DNA from: Felis catus
Taxonomy: Eukaryota
Assembly: GCF_018350175.1 (NCBI RefSeq)
Contig: NC_058368.1
Span: 51,337,815-51,401,814, forward strand
DNA: 64,000 bases
Direction of reading: 5' to 3'
The translations under genes were made by a program, and so were the position numbers. Every line of letters begins with the position of its first letter. The stretch's first letter is position 1. The notes below the pieces were generated by a model. It had not been told where the DNA came from and did not search any database. It worked only from the letters and a program-made list of their open reading frames with translations. Of the stretch, positions 41,001-53,000 are shown piece after piece.

Positions 41001-44000
41001 ACCACACTTCTGAGTTCTGTTAAGACTCTAGGAAATGGCTCTAGTTATACTATTAGAATCCAGTTCTGCTATTAACTAATGTAGAGAATGCATTTCTAAT
41101 TTAGTGAATGTATCCATAAACAAATTCCACCCTGTCAACTTTTATTTTGCTAACGCAAATTTACTTCATTTAAAAATAAAACATATAAAAGTTATACATA
41201 TTCTATAAAGATTCTAGAAAATAAAACACCCTAGGTCCAAACCAGTGCTTGCTCTTTGGTAACTAAGTCTCTTGTGTATGGACTTGTAATCAGTAAATAA
41301 CTAATGACTAGTCTATCTTTACACCATCTGCCTTTCTATACCCTCCATGCTATCCCACATGACCACTCTAATTTTGAATCCTAGTATTTCATGTCTCCGT
41401 AAGATTTACTATAAGACTACTTGCCTGCAGTCTTTCATTATCTAATCTATCCTATGTAATGCTGCCAAGGAGAATGAAAAGCACTACTCAATTCTGGCTT
41501 CCAGACCTTCTCACAAAGTGTCCAAGAAAGATAGTTATGCTGGTCAGCAACCTGGGAAGCAATATAATTACTTCACTCTGAATGCAGCCTTAGGAATGAT
41601 AGCATGGCCTCTTAAGACGTGGCTGGCTGATAGAAATGAAAGCAGGCACGTGCAGAGGAAGGAAGACAGAAAAAACCTTTTGCCTTTCCTTACTGGTGCT
41701 ACTTAAACCTTTCAATTTATCTAATTCCTGTCCACTGATGTTGGCCAAATAAACAATGCAAGGGATTGGGGCGGGGCGGGGGAGGTAAGTCCTGTGATAA
41801 GTCACTCTGGTAATGCAGGGGACACCTCCTACTAGTATTCAAACCTAGAGTTGCTGAAAGGGACAACACTTTTCTTTACTCATTATGTATATAAAGCACC
41901 ATAATAAATTTTAAACAAATACAATATAACTTGAGTCTCTAGTGTATCTGTATCCATTCTCTACATTTTTACAGTTTCCAGAGTTTGGTAGCCCTATACA
42001 TTTCGACATTTCTCTACCAATTTGGGGATTCTGTTATGTGCATTCATAAAGGGCGAGTTTATTTACCTTAATTATTCTGTACTATGTTTGGCACAGTTTC
42101 TTCTACATAGTCGGTAATAATTCAATATTTATGAAAAAAGAATGAGCTCTACGCAGTTTAGATATGATTGCTGAAAGACCAAAAATAAGAACAGAATTCT
42201 TAAAAGTAAAAGTGCTTAATATAATGACAGTGGCAAACAATTCTATAGCACCTACTATGTGCCTCAGCTCTAAATTCTTCACTCCTCCTAACAATCTATG
42301 AGGTAGGTACTATTATCATTCCAAATTTATAAATGAGAGAAGTGAAGCACATAGAGCCTCGATAACTATTCCAAGTTGACACAGAAAGCAAATTGTGGAT
42401 GTGGGATAAACTGAGGCAGCCTGGCTGCCTTAATCACTGCACTACACTGTAAAGGTCCCAGGAAGCACAGTTAAATAGGAAAGTACTTATGTATGTAAAG
42501 TCTGCTTATACATGAATTTTACATCACCACAAAAGTATAATTTGATCAAAACTTATTCACTACTCTATTTTATAAACAGAGCTTACCTCCAAATGACATC
42601 ATACACAGGGTCAAGACACACACCGAATCCTTGCAGATCCTCTTGCTCAGAGTCATTAAAAGTTTTACAACTCCCATCCACTTTATTGATCAGAAGACAT
42701 TTAAATGGAGGAGGTTCTGACATAGAAGCAGGTACCAAGCCTTGAGGAAAGATATTTATACATCTTAAAAATGCATTACCCTTTTACATACCCTCAGCTT
42801 AGAAATTAAGTATTACTTATAAGATAAGTATTATTATTATATCCATTTCACAGATGAGACACAGATGAGACAGATGAGATAGATTAACTAAACATTTTTA
42901 AGTAATAGAATTAGGACTAAAACCTCAGGTGGTCTAAATCCACAACACATGCTCTTAAAATCTATATTACCCTATTATATAATTATTTATGGTATCACAG
43001 ACACAAGTATAGATTGATACCTACAGATGGAACTTCAAAGTTTGACTTACATAACCTTTCATAAAAATTAATTTCTACCATTTACCTAACCAGAACTAAT
43101 ATACAAAAATTCCTCCTTCCAACACAGGGTTTATCCTACTTCAATTTGGTTCATATTTCCACGACTCCCTAGCTTATAAACACTCATATAAACACAGACA
43201 TTTAGAAGCTTCTTTAAAATTTCTTCAAACAGAAAGAAAACAAAAAGCTCTAAGACTTATCTAATGATAAGGAAAGATGATGAATCATTTACTATCAATC
43301 AAGAAAATGATTTTGGGAAGGACGTTTTTTAGGGATATTACCTATTATGTGTTTACTGGCAAAAATTTCTGATGTAGCAAGTACATGAGAATTAATAAGT
43401 GCTTCATCAATTCGTAAGAAAGTCTGGTCCCCACTTGCACCTATCCAGGTAGCTTTTCTTCCATATTTTGATCCAATGTTAGGCATGGGAGCTGGTTTTG
43501 CATTCCAGTATGGCACATCCAAAATTGGTCTGCCAAGTTGTCCTTTCTAAAAAATTAAATAAACCATAATAACAACATTATTGGATAAAAAAATATCTGA
43601 TTTTTTATAAAATTAAGAAGACAGTAGACAAAAATAGCTCTATGAAAAATTATTCTTTATTTACTGTTAGTACTTTTACTTATTAATGACATTCATGTGA
43701 AATTTGGACCAAAATTTATAAAGAAATAAAATAATTTCTATTATTCTTAGAAACTCTGCTCCTAATAAGCCACAAAATGCATTATTAAAAAACAATAATA
43801 AAGCTAAATATTTTCCATGCAAGAAATCTCCCTGAAATATTGTCTTTACCTACATTTAAATGGAAAGTACAATATATAACATGTTAAAAAAAATTAGTAT
43901 TACAAATTGTTCATTTAAAAAATTCACTTTGAAAAAAAATCACTGTGATATTGACAGTATACAATGAAAGTCACTATTAAAATCACAGTCTGAAAATATT

Positions 44001-47000
44001 TGAGTAAAGCCCAAAATAATGAATACTACAACTTGTGAATACAATTTGAAAATTAAGTATGTTCACATGATCATGTGTTAGTAAGTTATTTCATTTATGT
44101 TTCAAGATAAACAGCAGAAACAATGTTAAGGAATGGTATCTTAAGTAAATAATTGTTAACTTATTTAAAACTATGGCTGTCCACAGGTACTAGGTTAGGT
44201 AAGAGTTTAATTTAAAAAATAAGAGGAAGCCTTTCTCCACTAAGCCAGTAGCTATAAAAGAATGCTGATGGTGGATAGGTAAACATTCATCCACCCCAGG
44301 CTCAGGAGCTCGCCCTCCCCCCACAAAAACTTCCCTTCCAAAAACCCTCTGGAGGGTGGAAAATGCTGGATCTTGACTTCCAGCGCATCATTGTCTGTAA
44401 GTAATGGGAATGAGAAACCATTAGCAAAAAAGCTGAAGAACAAGGGAGTCTGGAGCACTATAAACAGCCTGGTTAATTCTCACCCCAACTATTAGGTTTC
44501 TAGTGAGTTCTATCACTCCAACATCATAGCAAGAAACCACAGCCACAAAGTGACTGCAAAAGCAACAGAACTTCAATCCCTGGGCTGAGCCAGGGGAGGG
44601 AAAAGTGGCAAGCACAGGAATAGAGAAGCCAAAAAAACCCTGATGTTTATTCTCAGCTTCTTTCAATGTCTGTTCTTATTTTTTGACCAAAAAAAAAAAA
44701 AAAAAAAAACAGAACAAACAAAAAAAAACCCCGTAAGAATGTGAACAGTGAGCAAAATATATCATATTCAAGGACATTATGCTTTCAGAAGAAAAATAAT
44801 TCTATTTGTCATTAACTACCGAAATAAGTATCTACTCCCTTACTATCAACCAACTAATGTAAAGAAAAGCAGTGTAAAAATACAACAGATGCCTGGACAA
44901 CCCCAGGCATTCAGAATATGGCTACACATAAACCATATTTAAATTCATGGAAGTTCACAACTAGAACTTCTAGGGGTAGAGGGCAATAATGGTTGTCTGA
45001 TTTCAAATATTAACATTCACAATCCCCCCTCCCCCGCAAAACAATAGAAAAACCAATACACAGGGCAAAGAAAACCACACATCACTCAAGCCTTCAGCAG
45101 TATTAGGAAACAGCAGATCTGCTGACCTTTAAGTCACCTGTAACCAGAGGAATAAAACAAATTCCAACCATTTTCTCCACCCACCTGCCACTGCAAGTTG
45201 GAGGGGGTGAAGCCTGCAACAGGGGTGGCTTGAGAAGAAGAGAGGAGTACAGAGGACTTGGAAAAAGCACTGGTAAAATCATCTACCCAAAGAGAAAACC
45301 TAACCCTTAATGTCAAAACACTAAATGTAGGTCAAGGGCTTGAAGGTTCACAGCACCAGCTACAGGAAAAAGGCTTCAAAGTGTGCAGGGCCACTTCTCA
45401 CCCATCAGACTGTCACGAATTAAAAGGCATGACAGTGCATTGTGTTGGCAAAGCTGTGGAGAAACAGGTATTCTCATCCACTGCTGGCGAGAATACAAAA
45501 CAGAAGGGAGTTGTTAATATCTCACAAAACTACACAGGCACTAACCTTCAACCCAGCAACCTTACTTCTAGAAATTTACCTCAAAGATACACCTCTAACA
45601 GTATTTATTGTTTTGTTGCAAAATATTGGAAAGCACTTAAATGTCCAAGCATAAGAAACTGACTGAATAAAATATAGTATATATGTACAATGTACTATGC
45701 AGAAATAAAAAAAAAAAGAATAAGGAAGATCTCTACGAACATGGAGTGATTTCCAGGAAATACAGTACAGTAAAAAGGGCAAAGTGCAGAAGAGCATATA
45801 TAAAATGCTACCTTTTGAAAAATAAAGAAGGGGAAATAATTATAGATACATGTGTTACATACATACGCATACATATATGCACACAAACCTGTATCTATAC
45901 AATGCAGATGTACAGTATATGTGTGTACTTATTTATTTATTTATTAATCCTACAAGAAACTCAGGAAGGATAAACTGGAAAACAATGAAGTTTATTACTT
46001 ACAAGCATGGAGTAAAACGGATAGGGGGGAAATGACATTTGACAGAGTATATACTATTTTTGCATAACTTAACTTTTAGAAACATGTCAATGTTCTACAT
46101 ATTCAAAAAATAAAATTACACCTAAGGATATGAGAAGAGGGATCCTAAAACTAAAACAAACTGAAACAGTGCATTGGGCCACAAGCCTCTCTCCTTGGAA
46201 GTCTGAGAGCTCAAAGGGGGCATGACATGTCAGGCGTCAGCATTTTAACCTGTGTGTTCCCAGGAAGGGCTAGGGGGCCTGTTACCACAGGGAGAAGAAG
46301 GAGGCCACTGTGTAACAGTCTCCTGCATCTGCCCCTTTTCTACTACTGCTGACACCCCTCGGGAGCCTCATTCATTGTTTGAGGATGAGGTGATCTCCTC
46401 CATGCTGAAAGGTCATCTCTCTTTCTCCCTTAGCCCCTGACATCAGATCTTACTCACTTTACAGAGATGAACCCCTGCCCCAGGACAGGGTGAGACAAAT
46501 GGATCTGAAAAAGGGCTTGTTTTCAGAAACAAGGGGAAGAAGGGTAATCCTTGGCTGTTGCTGCTCTTCACAAAGAATCTGTTATTTGTACCTATTCTTA
46601 TTAATACTAACTATTTTTTAAAATGAAACAAAAAGCAAACTGATGCAAATGAATCCAATTCTATTCCAAAGGAATAACATAATTCCACTGAACTGGGGTA
46701 AGAAGAAAAAGCCACGTGACTTATAAACACAATACTTGACTTTATACCTTTAGCTTTGGGGAGGGACACAGGTAAAAGGGGGCAGGAGCGAGAGCGACAG
46801 AAAATCCTGAACTCCTTTCAGTGAGTTTGTGCTTATAGTGGTGAGGGGAAAATCAAATATAAAACTATTGTACCCATATTTTAGGACTGACTGAATGAGA
46901 AATAAATGTATTAATATTGTTAGAAGCCAAAATTCTTACTGTGGAAAAAGGAAACAAAACAAACATGGAATGGGTCAAGGTAAGAAAGACCCCTATAGGG

Positions 47001-50000
47001 ATGAAATGGAATTAGAGGTACTGACTGGTATGGGCTTATGATTTCTAAAATACTTACATGTATAGATATATGTACATATATGTGTACTGGGGATATAAAG
47101 ACACCCCATAGCAATAAATATACCTAGTGCTCAACTGGGTGTCTAATCCTATTCCCCACTAAAACAAACCTGCATTCTCAGAGAAATGGCTGATTCTAGG
47201 CTTACAGGTAAGCCTGAAACATCTTGTTATGCCAGGAAATAAGGAAATGCTCCCAAAAATGAAGGGGCATGTCACAAGAACACAGGAGCCAGCTTGAAGG
47301 GACTTGAATCGATGAAATACGAGACAATCGAAGCAACCAAATAATTAAGGACAGTAATGAAAAAAATACAAATACATGCGTCTGTATGAAACAAATAAGA
47401 TGGGCTCTTGCTTACACTAAAATGCAAAGAGCCAATTGGTAAATGTGATGGCGTGCTGGAATTAGAAAATCATCTTTTTGCAACTGTTACAGTAAAGACT
47501 GATCTAGGCAAGGATGGGATGCTAAATCTAGGGGGAAACTGCATGAAAAGCAGGTACCCTACAACTGTCTTTTTAATAGGACTCACTTAATTGAATCAAC
47601 CCATAAATTCCTTATTAATTTCAAGGGAAAAAATACTAATTATGCAGTAGAGAAATTAAACATTTTCCAGGTAATCAAAAATTGCATCACCAATGAAGGG
47701 CAGGTGGGTATTTTGTGCCTCCAGACGTGATACCTGAGAACACAACATCACTTACATAGTATTTTGGCTTGGAATGCACAACCTGAAATCTAAACATGAG
47801 AAAATAGCAAGAGAAAACAAAAATGAGGCTCATTTTATTAGGAAAAAAAAAAAAAGTACTATACTCTTCAAAAACATCAATGTCATCATAATAGACAAAG
47901 AAAAGGTGTGGGTGTGGTACAGATTAAAGGAGACTAATGAGACATGATAATCAGATGCAATGACTGATCATAGATTAGAGGAGACAAAAAAAAAGTCAAA
48001 AAGTAATTACTGGATCAATCAAAAAAATATAAACTGAAGTATTCAAGAGTAAAGGGTCACAATATATGTAAAGTTATTCTTAAAGGATTCAGGAAAAAAA
48101 AGTTTTACACACACACCCACAGAGTGTGTAAGGGACAATAAGAGCATGTATGTAAAAGTTATAAAGCAAATCAAAATGTTACCAATAGATGAATCTGGCT
48201 CAAGGGTATGTGGGTGTTCTATGTACTACTCTTACTTTTTGCAACCTTTCTGTAGTTTAAAATTATTTCCAAATAAAAGATTCTTTTTTTTTTTTTTTCA
48301 AGTTTATTTGAGAGAAAGAGCAAGTGAGAGAGCATGGCAGGGGCAGAGAGAGGGAGAGAAAGAATCCCAAGCAGGCTCCATGCTGACAGCAGAGTCCAAT
48401 GCGGGGCTCAAATTCATGAACCGTGAGATCATGACTTAAGTCAGACACTTAACTGACTGAGCCACCCAGGTACCCGAAAAGATTTTTTCTTAAAGTTCAC
48501 ATTCATATTTTTGAAAAATCAATAGCTGCAAATTCCAACCCAGAAATTTAGGTTATAGAGTTGTAAACAGTTACCCATGACAGAGATGGTATAGGTTTTA
48601 TGAGGCTTAAAGTCTTATGAGGCTTTTCCTTGATCTCTATTATGACCAAACTATACAAAACTCTCAGGGCCTTTTTTACTCTTTTGAAGTTTTGGCAAAA
48701 AGAGAGAAACAAACAGGCAAACAGAGGGAAACAGAGAGAGAGAGAGAGAGAAGGAGAGGAAAAAGGAAACTATAATTTTAAATAAATCTATTAAGAAAAC
48801 TAGGCCTTTAAGAAGTGCTAAGTTAGAAACAGTTCTATAGGTTAAGAAAAATCAATCTGCGCAAGCTAGTTGGGAAATACGCTTCCAAATGATAGAATTA
48901 GCTCTACTGAATGTTTAAAGAATTTTGACCTGGAATAAGCATGTCCAACTCTAATACATTGTTAAATTTAATAAATTCTAATGCTATCCTGGAGAAGAAA
49001 GTTATTTCAAAGTAACGTCATTCAGGTCTTGTGTGTGTTAGATGTAGAGACAGGAAATATGCATATGCAATAATTATAACACAAGAATTTCACTGAAACC
49101 AGAAAAAACAGCTAACACAGACAAATTGTAAGGCAATGGTACAATGCAATACTATTAATGCTTAAAAAATTCCTTACAGAAAAACTTCCAAATGTGAAGA
49201 CCTGTCCATCCATTAAAAGTACTGCCGTGTGGTTGCTGCCTGCAGTAACTTGTGTGCTAGGGCCTGGCAGTGCTTGAACAAGGGTGGGACATCCCCTAGG
49301 TTAAAAAAAAAAAAAATTAAGTCAATTTCTTACAGGCCTCAACTGAAATAAAAAGCAATAAATAAACATTGCAATAAGGAATCGAAGACATAAAAGGCAC
49401 TAATAGTATATTTACTAAATACTTATTGAGGTACTATATGCCTGTTTCCACCTAGATCCACAAAGATGTAAAAGAGGTTATCACTGACTTCATAGAGATT
49501 ATTAAAAAGATTTCCTAAATTTATTACTCTAATTATGGACACACAATCTCTGTCTTTTCTCAAAGACTGGTGCTACTTTTGCTTTTATAGCAAAAGTCAT
49601 GTTATAAATATTTGTTGGATGAAATAAAAATCATACACAGCTTTAACAGGAACTATACAAAACAATCAATTTTATACTCTTTTTTCTACCTTTTTTTTAC
49701 TGAGCTATAATTTTAGATTTTAATACAGTAGTTAATGAAATCAGAGTGGGATACGATGAGAGGCACTACAACAGTGGCTAGAAGCTTAAACTCTAGAGCT
49801 AGATGAGATGGCCAGGGTGTGAACCCTGGCTCCAACAGCATTGTGACCATGACTTTAAGCAAGTTACTCATCTTTTTTGTGTTTTAGTTTTCTCTTCTAT
49901 AACATGGAGGATAGTACTAACTAGTACCTACCCCATAGGCTTCCTACGAACAATAAAGAAGTTTATATACATCAAGTGCTTGGCTCAGTGTCCAGCACAC

Positions 50001-53000
50001 AGTTAACACTGAATAAATGACAACGCTCATATCCACTGTATCCATCCTTGTCCCCATCCTTGTATCACTTTACTAACCATTTATTCACCATTTTTAGTAA
50101 TCATTATCTGTAATTAGAATAATCACTGTAGAAACAGTTGACACATAATGGGAACTCTGTTTCAGACAATTATGATACTTCAAATTTTTTTAAAAATTAC
50201 ATAAAGTATATTTTTTAATGGTTATTCAGGCTCCAATGAAAACTGAGTTGGAAAGGGCGAGACTAGCACCTGGAAACCTAGTTATGAAAATTTCACAATA
50301 ATCTGGATGAGTTATGATAAAGGCCTGAACTAAAAACAGTGTGGATTCAAAGAAATGAATGAGTATGATAGCTGTGTAAGGAAAGGAACTGACTAGACTT
50401 GGCAGGAAGGTTTTTGCTTAAGCAGCAAGGTAGATGGTGGTAACATTCACTCAAGCTATGAAAATGAATGAGAGATCTAGGAAGACAATTAGAGCAAAGA
50501 AGAGATCCTAATTTTCATCATGAGTTTTTTCCAACACTTCAGGTATGGACGGACAGAGGAAGAAGAGCTCACAGCAATCTAGGACATAACAAAGAGGAAG
50601 CATGAACTCTGGGAAAATGTGGCACGAAGACAGTCACTGGAGGAGAAAGTTTCAAGAAGGGGGATATAATGTACATGCTAAACACTCCAAAGACACATAC
50701 AAGTGACCATGGGATTTAGCAAGGAAAAAGTCTCTGGTGGAAATAGGCACAACACTACAGCAGATGAGGCATTAACAGTGGGGCCAGAGACTATGCAAAA
50801 CCTCTTCAAGAATCTCTGCCCCAAAACAGAAAAAAGAAAGGAGAACCAACAGCTAAAGAGGAAATGAAGCTCAAAGAGGCTTTGTTCCTTTTAAGGAGAC
50901 AGAAATTTGTTTAAGTTTACAAGAGTGAGTAAAGATAAAAAGGCTAAAGATACAGTTTAGACAGGAGAAATGAAACAGAACTAGATCCCTAGGGTAAAGG
51001 CTTCATAGCATGGACAAGAACAGGTCCTTCTTTCAAAGTAACATGAAAAGGAGCAAAGAAATAGTATGGATGCAGGTAGGTGTGTAGAGTTGGTGGGCTA
51101 AAGAATTTTCCACCTAATGGTTTTTATTTTTGCAGTGATGTGAACAGAAGTCACATGCTGAGAGAAGAAGGAAATGGGTAAGCAGAGAATATGAAGATTA
51201 CAAAAAAGGGATGGTAAAGGGAACAAATAAATATCTAGACCAGGAGTTTTAACTCAGATCCAAAGGATTTCTAGAAAGCCTATGAGTGAACTTCAGGACA
51301 TCCGTGAACCTCCTAAATTTATAAGCCAACTTTTTTTTTTTTTTAATTTTTCTTAACGTTTTTTTTTTGAGAGACATAGAAACAGAACGCGAGCAGAGGA
51401 GGAGGAGGAGAGACAGTGAGGGAGACACAGAATCCAAAACAGACTCCAGGCTCTGAGCTGTCAGCACAGAGCCTGGTGCGGGGCTTGAACTCACAAACCA
51501 TGAGATCATGACCTGAGCTGAAGTCGGGCACTTAACTGACTGAGCCACTCAGGTGCCCCATAAGCCAACTTTTATGTATATATTCTTATACCTACTGTTC
51601 TGAAGAGAGATCCCATATCTTTCATCAAATTCAAGAGATGTGAAACCAAATAGTCCCAAACCACAAAACAGAACAATTACTGCCCATTGTAGAAGACCTG
51701 GTTGAATCTGGAAATCATTTAACAATCTGCACATATATGGTGATTTACTTTTTTCCAGAAGTCTAAGTTAGATATGAAAAATATGGATAGATTGATTCAT
51801 GCAGGAAGTGTTGCCATGCCCTATTATCAAGACCAAGAGGGCAAAAAAACTGAGGTTGCTGGTAAGAGTATAGGTGAAAAAAATCCATAACAATCTCTAA
51901 GTTGGGTAGAAAATAAAGTAAAAAAGGTCAGAGAGAGTAAAAATGTAGAGTGCAGTGGGGAATGAAGTACTGATAAAGTCAAAGGCCAAGTAAAGTAAAG
52001 CTATCATCAGACTATGAGCTTTTTATAAACTTAGGAATTCAGAGTTGGAGCTATGCTTGATCCAAGATGGGTCTTGGAAATAACCACCATGAATGTGGAA
52101 GTAAAGTTTATTAGATACAAGGTGCCAAGATAGGTATAGTGTATGGGACCATTCTCACGGATACTGAAGTCACTCATGAATGGGACAAGACTCAGAGACA
52201 GAAAACACTGTGAACCAGATACTAAATTTTCAGTGAATGAAAGGCAATGACTGAACGGTAGGTAATAAAAGGGAGTACAACAGAATGATCTTGCCTCAAA
52301 AGAGCGGTAGTTTTTTGACTTGAGGATGGAGTAACATGGCCAAGAATAGTAGTGAAAGGTAAATCGTTTTCAACTCTGAGCTATAGAGACTTTTGCCAAA
52401 AAGACAACTGTCCATTCAAAGGGTTATACGGTGAACTAATGCTCTCTAACAGAAATGTCCACTAACAAAGAATGAAGGGGACGTTCTTATATCTGTTAAT
52501 TTATCTGCAATTTTGCAAAGCACTTTCACATAAACTGTATAACTGATTATCAAAATAACTCTATAGGTAGATCTGAAGAGCTCAAAGCATCTTCCCAAGA
52601 GCCGGTAGCAGACCTTCTAATACATAGTCTTTGAACTCTTTCCATAATATTAGTGAGCCCATTTATTGTTTTGAAAACACAAGAACAGAAAAGAAAAATC
52701 ATGTGTGTATGTTTGCATGCATGTGTGCACACTAGGCATTTCACATACACTGAATTGATTCTTCCACAATCCTATGGGATATTTAAACTAAGGTCTAGTA
52801 AACTGCAGTCAGTCACATAGTTGGTAGGAGATGAAGATTTCAACCTTGTCTAAATGGTTCCAGATACTATGATTGGGTAATAAATATACTAATGCAGAAT
52901 GCAGTCAGGATAGCAAGAAAAAGATGAAACTCAAAAATACTATAAGAATGATCAAAATTCTACTGGAAAACAGAGAATTAAAGTATCTAAACTATATAAT

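Noticed and set aside
45258..45662. 134-aa plus-strand ORF
   Set aside because: Overlaps degenerate old L1 sequence, has a non-ATG start and no recognisable domain
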